A stretch of DNA of 64,000 nucleotides. Source: the human T2T-CHM13v2.0 reference genome, Homo sapiens. This document shows positions 45,966 through 60,720 of the stretch, piece by piece (the first letter of the stretch is position 1; the number at the start of each line of letters is the position of its first letter). The notes below the pieces were generated by a model that was not told where the DNA came from, ran no database searches, and was given only the letters and a program-made list of their open reading frames with translations. A program made the position numbers and the translations under genes. The stretch lies in assembly GCF_009914755.1 (NCBI RefSeq), contig NC_060929.1. One strand, 5' to 3'.

Positions 45966-46857
45966 GATGAGTGGATTATTTTAAATGTTGATGTGATTCT
46001 CAGGAAGAAGTTGAAACGAAAATACAGGTGTAGACGGCATTAGAGTATTGATGGATGAAAGTGGGGATATAAAAGACATATGAAAGAAGGCCCAGAACAC
46101 CAATATTTAAGGGAGGTAGGAGGAAGAGAAAGCAGGTCCTGAAATAGGGTGAGGAAGGTCAGTACAGGCACTCTACCTAAAAGTCTTATCAAACAAAGGT
46201 ATGTTTATCCTCCAGGCACAGAGAATAATTTTTCAGAGTGAAACGAGAATCCACATGTCCTATCTCCCTATATCATCAATCATTGATGTTATTTTATGGC
46301 ATAATGACATTAATATGTAGTTTAAATAAACATGATATTGAGCAACAAGTATTATAAAATGCAGATGAGTTTTAAAAGATTCAATGTGACACACACACTC
46401 ACATGTAAACACAAAAGAAGTCTTTGGCAAAGATGTAGCCCCAGACTTCCCAGGAGAACTCAGACATTCATATCCTTTCCTTACAAAGGTGCTTGAGCAG
46501 AAATGTTTGAGATATACTAAATGAATTATGACTTATTCTACGCAGCTACTCCACAAGGCAGATATAATTAACTTGATTTTAAAGCTATCACTAATGAAGT
46601 TCAGAAAGTTAAGTAACTTCCCTGACATTATTCTGTTAGTTACTAGGTGATATTAGAATTTGAATCCAGGAGTCTGGTTCCAAAGTCTGAAATTTTTATG
46701 TTTTATAAGGAGGTGAGCTAGGAGCAAGCAAGTATAAAGAAAGAGGACATGGTCAGTAATATAAAATACCAAGCAGTGCGAGTAGGATGAGGACTAAAAG
46801 GTTATCTTGGCCTTAGGTGACCACGGAACCTAAGTTAAAGAACATTGAAGTATGTTG

Positions 46858-47830
46858 TATACCACAATGATATACAACTGTTCACCAACTAGAATGGCTA
46901 AGATTAAGAAGAACAAACAGTGGATAACATAAGTGTTACCAGTAGGAATATCTGCTTAACGTATAAACACATGGTATCCTATGACCCTTCAACTTTATTC
47001 CTAGGTAAATACCCAAGAGAAATGTCCCATAGAAAACAAGTAGGGATGGTCCTTGACTTACAATGGGGTTACATCCCAATAAACCTATAAGTTTAAAATG
47101 CATTAAATATACCTTACCTGTCAAACATCATAGCCTAACCTAGCCTACCTTAAACAAGCTCTGACACTTACATTAGCCTACAGTTGCACAAAATCATCTA
47201 ACGCAAAGTCTATTTTATAATAAAGTGTTTAACATCTCAAATAGTTGATTAAGTATTGTACTAAAAGTGGAAAACAGAATGGTTGTGTGAGTACTCCAAG
47301 CACAGTTTCTACTGAATATGTATCACTTTTGCACCATCATGAAGTCAGAAAATTGTAAGTCAAACATCATAAGTCGGGGCCGTCTGTGTATAAAATATTT
47401 ATTGCAGCTTTATTAACACTAGCATGAAATAGTAAACAACTCAGGTGTCCATCAGAAGTAGAATGGATACATTTTCCTGTATTCATTCAATGGAATACTA
47501 TACGACAATAAAAAAAGTGAAATATTGCTACATGCAACAGTATGGGTTAATCTCACAGATACTTGTTAAGAGAAACCGGGCAGGAAATAGCACATACTAC
47601 ATGGTTCCATTTATATGAAGTTCATGAATAGGCAAAATTAATGATGATGATGCAAGTATACATGAATACTTTAGGTTTCAGGGTAATGAGAGAGCCTTGC
47701 AAGGTGTTAGAAAAGTTCTATACCATGATCTGGTTTGTGGGTCTATACTTTATATGGGTCTGTGTGTAAACTTTAACTATAATTTAAGGTGAGTGCACCC
47801 TACTGTGTGTATGTTAAACTTCCATCTAAA
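46858..47830 (+). mobile_element. Old L1 (L1ME-like) ORF2 end/3'UTR, interrupted by MER47A
   Basis: ctagaatggctaagatt; ttcctaggtaaatacccaagagaaatg; caatggaatactat; ttccatttatatgaagttc. Confidence 0.75.
47043..47386 (+). mobile_element. MER47A (TcMar-Tigger MITE)
   Basis: gatggtccttgacttacaatggggttacatcccaataaacc...acttacattagcctacagttg...taagtcggggccgtctg; left TA at 47041-42. Confidence 0.85.
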
Positions 47831-48743
47831 AAATTTTTAAGGTGATGATAAAGGGAAATCCCAGGTAGAAATTGTTTTAACAACTTTTCTGTTATGACCT
47901 TATAAAACTATTCGATCTTGCAAATCATGTAGTACATGTATTCCTCTTGATGACTATAAAATTAAAAATGAATGGGGAATTAGTAAGAAACATTATAGAT
48001 ATAGATGTTAGAGGTAATAAATGGAAGAGCAAGTTCCAGAATAAGTTACTGAAAGGACAGGTGGTGGGAAAAATAGAAAGAGGACATCACCTTCCCACTA
48101 CAGGGAAATTCTCTAGGGGCTTTTTGCATAACAGAGTGCCCTTGCACATAATGGCTAGATTTGGTTAGAGTCTAATGCAAGTATTCTGAAATGCTTTTGA
48201 ATGATAAGCCAGAAAGAAGCAAAAAAAATAAAATTATAGAATGTTAGAGCTGTAAGACAAGGTATATTACATTTCATCCAGCCCAACCCTCTTATTTTAA
48301 AATGGACTGTGTGCATTGACTCTGGAAGTGACTCAGTACAGTACAGAGTGCTCTGATGTGGTGTTTCTTTGACAAGGAAGGATGCCTTTACTGAAGTTTT
48401 GTTAATCATTTCCAGAATAATGCATGTTAAACATGAACTTTGTACAATGGTTTGTCCATGATCCCTATCAGCATCTTAACAATTGAATGTTTCTGAATGT
48501 CGGAGAACTGGAGATACATTCATTAAAATGTGGTACCCATTTCAATGAAAAATGTAGTAATGAACAGATTTTAAAGTACCATGCCACATCTTAAACTGCA
48601 TTTATCTCCTGGATGAAAAGGAATGTCTTATTCCCACTTTAAGATATATTAGTATATCTCTCTTAGTGTATGTATATTGCTATATATCAATGCAATTACA
48701 CTGTTCACTGTGGAGAGGAAGTATTCCAGGTGAGAAATAATAG

Positions 48744-49100
<357 letters not shown>

Positions 49101-51619
49101 TAACTGATAGAATTTGAGAACCAATTATACAGGATAAAGAAAAAAAGGGAGTCAAAATTTTGAGTAACTTAAACCATTGAGTGATGCACAGATGCTGGAG
49201 TAGCGGGAGTACTTTAGTTGAAGGGGAACAAAATTTCAACTTGGCACCTTGTAGTGAGAGCTTAGGCTTGAGTATTTATCTCTGATCAACTTGCATAATA
49301 GTAAATGAATTATAAATAATGTTTTTCTGTTACCTGTATCTCTCTTTCTTCCTATGGATGATATGGCTAATTAAAAAAACAATGATGAATATTTCATATT
49401 ATAGGTCACAACAAAGATAAGCCTCGCTCTTCTTTTATATCCTCATTCTCATTTTGCAGAGCAAGCAATTGTGTTATAAAATCTGTGGTGAAAACATAAA
49501 AACAATAGGCAAAAGGGAAGCTGGTATGTAACTCATGCCTTGATAATGGCATTTGCTCATTTTTGCATCTAGATGGTCCTCTCTTTCCAAGTAGGAAACA
49601 TTTCATTGCTCTGTAATGTCGTCCGTATAGCCCACCTCAGTGCTAGGTAGTTTCTGCCTGCTAGGGAAGAACTAGTTTAATTGGATTGTAGAGAGGCAAT
49701 AAGAATGCTTGTTTTCCAAAACTGAATTGGGGACAAGTCAGCATTCTGGATGATTTTTTAAGTAATACATGTTTTGAAGTTACCTGTGGTCATTTATTGA
49801 GGAAAGAGTGAATTACATTTCTGTAATTATTGTGGATTCTTGAAAATAGACAATAGGATTTTAATGATTTCCTGACATTTTTAAGTTTTAAACCTAATAC
49901 CGTATGACCATGACTTAAATAGAGCCTAGTAACTAAAATTTTATTTTTTTTCACTGTTTACTCCTAAAAACTAGCATTTTACTTACATTAATGCAATTTC
50001 TGTTTTATTAGGTGCCAGGGCTATCAGTAATTGACATGTACTATAGTTAATAATGTATTTGTTAAAGTAAATAACTTTTAATGGGGCTACCAATAAGTGA
50101 ATGTCTCCAATTCAAACTTAAATTTTAAATCATAGGTTTGTAAATATTTCTAAATAAGTTAGAATACTGCATATAACAAATGTTTATTCAACAACTATAT
50201 AGTAATTATCAGATCTTAGCCAATATGCTCAGTACTAGAGATATGTCAATAAATAAGATCCCTGCCCTCAAAGTGCTTAAAATCTGAACTTTGATTCATG
50301 AAATCCAAGTTATAAAGAGTTGACGCTATTTTTAAGATATAAATTATACTGTATATAAAGCTATATTAATTTTTCCAGACAATAGCTAAATTGCCATAAT
50401 ACTGTCATGCAAATCAGTGGGAATACTGATAAAGCTCAGTTATTTGTAATTATTGAAGTAAGAATTTTCTCTAAAGACTGAAGACTGGAATTTCTACAGA
50501 TGTAAAATAAATAAAAGTTGTATGTGGCTGTCCAAAACTTCATTATACTATTTATATTTGCCCATAGTCTGCATTGTACTTTTAAAATTCTTTCTCTCTT
50601 TTTAGTACTGGTTGTCACCACTGCCAAGATAGTGCCTCCACTGCTAATTTCTATGACCTGCTGCTACCACCTCCACCTCCCTCTGTTTTCTCTCTGACTT
50701 TCTTTTGATTTCTGCCACTTCTCCAGAGAAAATTCACCTTCATTCAAAACAACTGATTGTCTATGGGTGTTCTTAGGCAGTTGGCATGCTCTTTTCTTTC
50801 TGATCAGCCAATTGTGGAATACCATTAGTTATCTTTGTGCCCTTTTCATCTTTATTTCTACTTGCTGTTCAAGAGTACTACCTTTGTGTTAAAATTCATT
50901 TATGATGGAGGGAGGGGGTCATGATAAACACTGGAGTCTGTGGAAGGATGGGCTATCTTGACATCTGGAGCATTCTGGATACTTGAAGTTGCTGAAAGGC
51001 TGATCTATAGATATCCAGGACATGTAATATGATTAAAGTACAGTTGAGCTTCCAGAAGTCCTTGTCTTACTCCAAATGTTATTTTATGACTTAGGAGAAC
51101 CAAATTTTCTGTTTGGGACTTGAACTCAGGTGAGCTGTCTGTATAGATAGTAATAAGTGAAAAGTATTCAAATCTCCTCTAAAATTTCCGCCATTAGATT
51201 CGGAAGTGAACTTTTATGTAGATCTTGACTTGTCTCTCTTGATTTGCCTTGTTTTCTTCCACACAGTACTCCTTTATTTTATTTCCTATTTGCTACTGGA
51301 TTGTCTGTATCAGGACATGTTTTTTTAAGATAACCACTTGAATTTTCTGTTGATAATTGTTTTGTCACCTATTTTGTCAGTGTGAGAATATAAATTTTAG
51401 TGTTCACATAAAAGGAAAACCAGTTTAGTGATTATTCATTGAAAAGACCACAATTTTACTCACCAGTGAGGTTCATTGGTTAGCTTGGACCAAGTGTACG
51501 GGAACACTGGTATTAACAGAAATATTTTTGAAAGCCATGTGAAAAAATCTCAATTGCATCTCCATTAATTCAAAGAACTCATGATAGCCCTTGTTTGAGT
51601 TTCAGAAGTTTTCGTAAAG

Positions 51620-51840
51620 CAGCATAATGGCAGCAGAGAATAGCAAAAAGAGAACTGAGCTGAGGTCAGGAAAGCCCAATGCAAGTTTTGTCATTGGTTA
51701 GCTGTCAGACCTTTGTTACCTTTGCTATCACACAGGGACAGTAACATTATAAGACTATTATAGGGATTAAAATGAAATAACCTATCTGTAGAAATCACAG
51801 AAAGCCTACCACACTGTAAGAATACAATAAATGTTGATTA
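51620..51840 (+). mobile_element. MIR, degraded
   Basis: gcagcataatggc...gggattaaaatgaaataacc...caataaatgttgatta. Confidence 0.5.
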
Positions 51841-53332
51841 CTTCCCTCCTCATTTAGTTGAGTCAAAATATTACTCAGTGTTCCCACAGCGTTCAATATT
51901 TTAGGACAGTTCTGGAATTTATATGCTTCTTTCTCCAATTCTGGTAATACTGGATTTTTTTGAAGGATCTAGTTTATTTTTATCAGTTTGCGAGTTTTTT
52001 GTTTTGTTTTGTTTTTTAACTGACCTACTCAGATAATGAAGACTCTTAACAATTCATAAATGTCTTGATATTTCTTCTCTAACAGTCACACAAAATAAAA
52101 ACAGCTCTTGAAGAAAAACAATTCAAAGTTTAAAACATATAAAAATTTAGGTATTTAATGTAATTTGAAGTAAAAGTTTGAATTGAAAATAATTATAAAA
52201 CTAATATGTGCCATTTCTTTGTAATAATTGTTATAATTTTCTTGCATAATTCTTAAAGGGGAAATGGTGCAAAGAACAGCATAATAGTATGGTAATGGTT
52301 GTAGAAAATTTATTTCATTTTTCATTCCTTAAAAATCTAGATAAAAGATAGGAACTGTTTTCTTTAAAAACCTGTAGGCATGTGTTTTATTTTTAAATGT
52401 TAATCAAATTTATGCTATACTCCTTTATTTTAACTATGCCAATGGACTGATCAAATAATTACCAATAGTGATTAAAAAGGACTTTCTATATTTAAACAAA
52501 TATTAAGGTAACTAAGGGGTAACTCAGCTAACGTGGCTTTTTAATGATAACAAAATATATTAGATATCCACATGTCATGTAAAACCTTGTGTAAAATATT
52601 GGGCTGCTTTTCCCAGCCTTGCTTTTTTTTTTTTTTTTTTTTTAACATCCTATTTATAAAGATTAAAAAGCCTGTGGGTGAGAGTGGGGGATGAAATTTA
52701 GTATCCCTTAAAGCACTTTGCTAATGCTTTGATTTGTATATATGTGCTCACTAAATGTTGGATCTGTATGGGTTAGCATATTTTCTATTATACGTTAGAA
52801 AATACTAATTCACTTTTTTAAATAGCTGAATGAGATATGAAAAGACAGAACTGGTGAGTTAGTAGCTGCTGCTTTTTAGGCATGCCATACTATCAAACCA
52901 AGATAGAACATTTTAAGTAAAAACATTTGAACAAAATCCTAAAGACATATAAAGGAAGTCACTTTATGAAAAATATAACTGCCTTTCAACATCTTTACCT
53001 TTTCTCGTACTTGCTCAAATTATGACTATGATGCATTATCTATAAACATAAAGTCTAAAAAGTATAAACATTTGATATATTTGTGCATATGTTGCATTTT
53101 CTTTTATTATTTCTATTCCTAGTATAATTCAATTTAGGCCAAAATGTTGAGTTTAGTCATGATTTTATATTTCCATAGGTTAACTTGAGACATGTAAACA
53201 AGTAAGTTATTTATGTGCTATATAATCCTCTACCTACTAGGATATTTACTTAATAGTAGTTTTGTGGCTTAGGAAGCAGAGTAATTAATTAGAGTGAATT
53301 AATGGCACACACTGGTTGCTATGTTTCTGATT

Positions 53333-53719
53333 TGCTTTGGACTGAATCTTTATGTTCCTCAAACATTGTTTCTGCCATTTAGCAGTTGCCTAACAGAGTG
53401 ATGGTATTTGGAGATGGGGCCTTTATTTGGGAGGTAATTAGGTAATGACAGTGAAGCCCTCATGACCGAGATTTGTGCACTTAGAAGAAAAGACCAGAGA
53501 GAGCTCGCTTTTTCTCTCTCTGTTCTCTGCCATGTAAGGACATAATGAGACGATGACCGTCTGCAAACCAGGAAGTGGGTCCTCACCAGACACCAGATCT
53601 TCTGGCACTTTGATCTTGGACTTTCCATCCTCTAGAACCATGATAAATAAACGTTTGTTGTTTAAGCTACCCAGTCTCTGTAATAACATTTGTCATAACA
53701 GCCCGAACTGACTCAGACA
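53333..53719 (+). mobile_element. MaLR solo LTR (MSTD/MLT1A-like), sense to host gene
   Basis: tgctttggactgaat...ggtatttggagatggggcc...cctcaccagacacc...aataaacgtttgttgtttaagctacccagtc...gactcagaca. Confidence 0.85.
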
Positions 53720-55619
53720 CATTTCTTCCTCATTGATGAGCAAATAAACCAAAATCATAATATTTTTCTTGCTTTCTGTCTGAAAATAATGCATTTCCCA
53801 ATTTTGTATTCCAAAGACCTGTATATTTTATTGTCTATACTTCTGGCCTGCTGCCCCAAAGCAGAGAGTCCTTTATATGTTTGTTTATTCAAACATCCCA
53901 GGCCTTCTCAAAATAACCCCCAACCTGAAATAGAATGTGATTTAAAATAACAGAACCTTGGCTCTGGAATCAGGCATGTGGCAAGCACACAGAATATATT
54001 TGTTGATGGAATGAATGAATGATTAGATAAAGGAATGAAAAGATCTGATTTGTAAAATGCTCTCATATTGAAATACTTTCCCCCTCTTTTTTTATCTTTT
54101 TATAGGTCATGCAACACTTTTGTACTTGGGAAAGTGTTCTAACTAAAGCAATTATGCAATAAAAGTAGTCTTTGATGTTGGCTTCTCTGTCAACTTTATG
54201 TTGGATAAAATATTTGGGAATTCTGCTCTGTAGTTAAAAATATACGTGTATGTAGCAGGGAAATGATAACTCTCTCAATAATTAAGGACAAGCAATCATA
54301 TCCTCGATGTAAAATGGGAGGAATAACAATTTTTTTTAATTTATAAGAAACAGCTAGTGTCACTGCACTTAGAGAAAACACATTAATTTCTTTTATGTTG
54401 TCAGGCAGAGAAAGTATAAACTTTGGAGGTTGCACAGTAAGGTTAGGCAATGGCCTGTGAGTTAATAAACACTATTGTTAGATTTATATAGAATTTTATT
54501 AGTCTTGCTCAGTTTCTCTTCAATTCCATCTAACAAGGTTTCCTTTCCAGCTTATATGTATGCTTATCTAAGTCCAAGGAATTCCATAAGAAAGTTGAAT
54601 CAAAATATTTTCAATTGATAACTTATGAAGCAAAAACAGCAATTTCCCATTATATATTTCAAATAAGTTTACTGTACAATTTTGAAGTGACTGTAGAGTC
54701 TGAATTGTATTCAGACCATGTATCAGTTGTATTCAGATTCTGGCCATGTATCCACTACCAAAATAAAATGAAAAAATGAACATGGTTTTGTCACAAGTTA
54801 ATTGTTCAACAACAATAATGACAACAACAAAATTATCTAAAATCTGAATTTTCTGAGTAACGACTCAGTACCATCAGTAAAGTAGTAGAATACAAACCTT
54901 AGTGTGCTATCTATGTAAAGAATTTAATTATGTTCACTCCAGATATAGAGACTGTTTTGTTTCCACAGAATTCGTAAACTGTCATTACAGAACTGAGAAA
55001 TGTGACTTTGAAAATCCAAATCTACGTGTAAAATTTAGTTCAACCTTTGTAATATTCAAATGATCTTGATGTTTCAGCTTGATATTTCAGCCAGCCTTTG
55101 CACTCGTTGTTCTTCCTTCAAATGAAGGTACTTTATGTACTTCTAGAGAATCTCCTATACAAACAGGAAGTATGAGTATGTGGCTTTAGTGATTTTTGGA
55201 GTACATGCTAGCATCGGTGATTTTAAGTGGTTATTTTAAGTATTAAAAGTGGTTAGAAGCACAGGCTTTGGAGTCAACAGACTTGGCTCAAGTCCTGAAT
55301 CTGTTGTATCTTAGGCATAACTGTGTGACATCTGTGGAAAGAGCTGTAATGTTAAGATGCTATCAATAACAGCAAATGTTAAGATTTAGTATTGACAGAA
55401 TATTCCTGACAATTAAATATTCTCTTAAGGGACTGAGTAGAAACACTAGTGAAAAAGATGCTAGCCCAGAAAAAAAAAAGTAAACATGCTATGTGGGCAC
55501 AAGGTAATGAAGAAAAGATACAGAAAATGCAGGAAACTAAGTATGGCATTATTCCAAGTGGCACATCATCCAGGCAATCTCTACTAAGCATAATTAAGCA
55601 GGAAAAAAGTCTTTCCTTA

Positions 55620-55805
55620 GGTCTGTGCCCTTGGCAAATGTATTTACTTTTATTAAGCCTCAGTTTCCTTCTCTATGCAATAAAAAAGAAGTGATCTCTA
55701 AATTGCATATATTATTTAAATATGATGAAATAATATCTCTAGGGCCTTTAGCACAGTACCTGGCACATGAAAACCATTCATTAAATGGTAACTATTATTA
55801 TTGTT
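55620..55805 (+). mobile_element. MIR
   Basis: aagcctcagtttccttctctatgcaa...tttagcacagtacctggcacat...aaatggtaactattatta. Confidence 0.75.
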
Positions 55806-56013
55806 GCTGTATTTCTTATAAAAATAAATTAGTACTTCTTTGGCTGTATACCAGATGAAAAAGACTAGTCTTGGTGTTAATGACTCATAAAGATCTGTTT
55901 CTCAGAAGATGGCTTTTTAAAGAAAAGAGAAAAAATAAAAGCATATTAAAATACCTCTATAAAAATTCTGTAGTGAGGGCTAATTTTGCTTCCTTTTTCT
56001 AATTTCAACTGTT

Positions 56014-56135
56014 TATATATATATATATATTACATATAGTATATATATAACATATATGTATATATTTTAACTATATATGTTATATATTTTACATATATGT
56101 ATATATAAATATATGTGTATATATATTACTATATG
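56014..56135. repeat. (TA)n-rich low-complexity tract
   Basis: About 120 bp of interrupted TA repeats. Confidence 0.85.
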
Positions 56136-56487
56136 AAGTTTTTCCTAGTATCAATCTATTTTAAAGATAATTAACTATTGAAGAAAAAATAATAGCAAAG
56201 TAGTGTGAGGTTTGCAACATATATAAAAGTAGAATATATGCCAGGAGATCAGGAGAGAAAATAGTAAAGTATGTTATTGTGAGGTTTTCATGCTATATAT
56301 GAAGTAGTATACTACCAACCAATGTCTTTCATAAACATAGATGCAAATATTCTTAATACAATGTTAGCAAGTCAAAAGGATAATATATCACAACAGAATG
56401 ATAGCTATCCCAATAATGCAAGGATGACTTAAAATTCAAAAATTAATCAATGTAATTAATAACAAACTAAAATAAAAATATTTTTTA

Positions 56488-56809
<322 letters not shown>

Positions 56810-56943
56810 TCAATAGGGAAATATAATTAACAAAATTTAATATCAATTCTCAATAAACTCCCAGCAAACAGCAAAGTAAGAATAGAAGGAATGGTCTTAA
56901 CCTAATAAAGGTATCTATGAAACTATGTAACTAACATCATACT

Positions 56944-57335
56944 TCTATTTGTTTGCTAGGGCTGCCATAGCAAAGTAACACAGACTGGATGGCTTTAACA
57001 ACACTAATTTTCTCACAGTTTGGAGGCTAGAGTCTGAGTTGAAGGTGTCTTCAGGGTTGACTTCATTCTGAGGCCTCTCTCCTTGGCTTTTAGGTGGCCA
57101 TCATCTCCCTTTGTCTTCACGTGGTCTTTCTTCTGTGCATGTGCGTGTCTGTGTCCAAAATTTTCACCTCTTGTAAGGATACCAATCATAATGGATTAGG
57201 ACCCATTCTAAAGACCTCTTCTTAACTTAATTACCTCTTTAAAAACCTTATCTTCAAATACAGTTACATACTGAAGTACTGGGGTTTGGGACTTCAACAT
57301 GTGAATTTGGAGAGGAAACAATTTAGCCCATAACA
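56944..57335 (-). mobile_element. MaLR solo LTR (MLT1A0-like)
   Basis: gctagggctgccatagcaaagt...gtaaggataccaatcat...ttagcccataaca; exact 5-bp TSD atact at 56939-56943 and 57336-57340. Confidence 0.88.
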
Positions 57336-58317
57336 ATACTTAATGCTGAAAAACTGAATGCTTTCCCCCTAAAATTAGAAACAAAACAAAGATGTTCATT
57401 TTTGCCACCTCTATTTAATAGTGTGTGTTTATGTGTGTGTGCATATATTTTTCCCAGCAAGTACAATAGGCAAGATAAGACAATTAGAGCTTTCTAATTA
57501 GCAAATAAGTAAAACCCTATTTATATAGAGATGACATGATCCTATATTTAAAATACAATGTTATCTACAAAACAGCTCCTCAAACTAATGTGATTCTGTA
57601 ACTTTACAGGGTACAAGATCAATATATAAAAATAAATTTTATTTCTATGTGTCAGGAAGGAATGATCAGAAACTAAAATTTAATAAAAATATCAATTACA
57701 ATAATATCAAACATATAAAAGAATTAGGGGTAAATCTTTTTTTTTTAATGTGTGAAGGAGGTATATGTGGACAACTACAAAACACTGCTGAGAGAAGCTA
57801 GAGAAGACCTAAATAAATGGAGAAAGACACTGTATTCATGAGATGCAAGAGTGGATATTGTTAATATGTCAGTTCTCCCCAGATTGAAATTCAGCTTTCT
57901 TTTGTAGAAATTGACTACCTCATCATAAAAGTCATATGGAAATGCAAATGACTAAGAGTAACCAAAACAACTTTGGAAAAGAATAAATTAGAACCTAACA
58001 CTACCCTTTTCAAGAAATATAGCTACAGTAACCTAGATGATGTAGTATTGGTGTAAACATAGACAAATAGATCAAGGGAACAGATTAGAGAGTCCAGAAA
58101 TAGACTCCCACATATATAGGCAAGTATCCAAAGGCAATTTACTGGAGGAAAGATGACAGTCTTTCAACAAATGGTGCTGAAAAAAATTGGTACATTATTT
58201 TGGAAAAAAATCAAAATAATTATGCTGAGTGAAACAAACTAGACACAAAAGAGCACATATGCCTATATTTATATAAAATTTAATAGATGCAAACTAATGT
58301 ATTAGAAATAGATCAGT

Positions 58318-58625
<308 letters not shown>

Positions 58626-59088
58626 TCAGTGTATGCCTAGGGTGGTAGGGGTGGTGGTGGTGCAGAGAGGTACTACAAAAGGCAGGAGAAAACTTTTGGG
58701 GCTGATGCATGGGTTCATTATTTTCATTGTGATGATGGCTTCACAGGTGCAAAAACCTATTAAGTCAAATACTCTAAATGTGCACCTTTTATTGTCTGTC
58801 AATCATACATCAATAAAGCTGTTTTTTAAACAAACACCTACTATGTTCAAACTCGATAGAATTCCGTACAGGATGCTTGCCGTGTTCTCTTTTTTACAAA
58901 AATGTACTTTAAAATAATTATAAGAATGGATAGGATCAAATTGTTTTTAAGAACTTGACAGTTTTCGAAGACATTAAAATTAATTTTATTTAAAACGAGA
59001 TTTATAAGAAAAATTATTACAATAAAATCTTATTTTAAAAATTCAGAGGAGGAAAAGTTTGTTTATGATTGAAAGGAATAACCAGGTA

Positions 59089-59649
59089 TTAAAAAGTAGG
59101 AAAGTCTAGGAATCTGCCGTGATCAGAGTAAGCAGGTAGAATTTCCAGTTATTCATGACAGAGTTCTACCACGTTTTGAAAGGTAAACATGAGTTCAACC
59201 TGGGAAGATGAGAAAAAGAAATTCTAGATAAAAGGAAGAGGAAGAACAAAGGCAAGAGTCAAGACATGAAGAAGTATGTTTAGGGAATAGCAGTAAATGC
59301 ATTTGGATAGAATGGTGTACGAAGAGTCTTATGGAAGATAAACTTAGCAAGAGAAAGTGGGGCAGATGGGACTTGGGTTTTCTCTCTGAAAATTTCTTTG
59401 AATCCCCACAAGCAGCGCTAATACTCTCATTCTCCTAATACTCTGCATTCTCCTAATATTTTGCTCCATACCCTGCTACAATACTTGTCACATTTTATTG
59501 TATCATGTGTCTAGCTTCACCCTTAGGCACCCGTCTATTAGAAAGAACTACATTTGGCTCATTATAAATGCTCGATAACAAAATGCTCCCACTTTAAAAA
59601 ATAGGATAGTCTAGGTATCTGCCATGATCAGAGTAAGCAGGTAGAATTT
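59089..59649. repeat. 56-bp direct repeat pair (59089-59144 and 59594-59649)
   Basis: 52/56 identical, ungapped; shared core tgatcagagtaagcaggtagaattt. Confidence 0.9.
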
Positions 59650-59679
59650 GAGCTGGTCCTTTAAAAACTGACTAGTTTT

Positions 59680-60055
<376 letters not shown>

Positions 60056-60479
60056 TTAAGGAGCACTGAGAATTGAGGTTTATAGGAAAACTAATATTTA
60101 TCATTAGTTGTTATTTAGCCCAAGCAAGCGGGGACACATGCTGTATATTTAAGTTTTCTAAAAAGTATTTACTCTTCATTTCCTTCGTTGGCTGGCACAG
60201 TAGAGCTCTAAGCAATCAGAATAAGCAGAGAATTTTATAAGTCATTTTAAAAAGAATATCTCAAATACTTTTTGGGGGAACTATATTTATTTTTCTTTTC
60301 TCTTAAGTTGTGTATATGTTATATAAAAATGGAATTGAGAATAGTATTATATTTGCTCTTGGCATTATATTTGATTGTCATTATGAGCCTGTGGTGGGCC
60401 ATGGAGTAAAACGAATTGAGAAACAGTGACCTAGAATGTTAGCACTTCGAGAGGGGACTGTGCTCGATTTAGCTTTGTA

Positions 60480-60720
60480 GGCAGTAGCATGGTGCTCAAG
60501 AAAGAATGCTGCTCCTGCAAATCAGGATACCAGAATTTGAATCCCAATTTAAATTTAAAACTTGTTTAAGGACCTTTAAACATGTTAATTATCCTATAGT
60601 TCTTCCTTCGTTATTTACTAAATTGGGATACAAACAATAATAGTTTCACATCATTAATATGTGAGTTATACACAAAAGAACGAGGGAAAACATGTAGCGC
60701 CATGCTGGTATACAGCAGTT
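60480..60720 (+). mobile_element. MIR, degraded
   Basis: ggcagtagcatggtgctcaaga...aatttgaatccca...aaattgggata. Confidence 0.5.

Noticed and set aside
54706-54752. Imperfect short duplication (ttgtattcaga / ccatgtatc twice); similar one at 59419-59458
   Set aside because: Ordinary micro-duplications with no sign of function.
59089-59649. Direct repeats as CRISPR array or LTR pair
   Set aside because: Only two copies, eukaryotic DNA, no TG...CA termini, primer-binding site or TSD.
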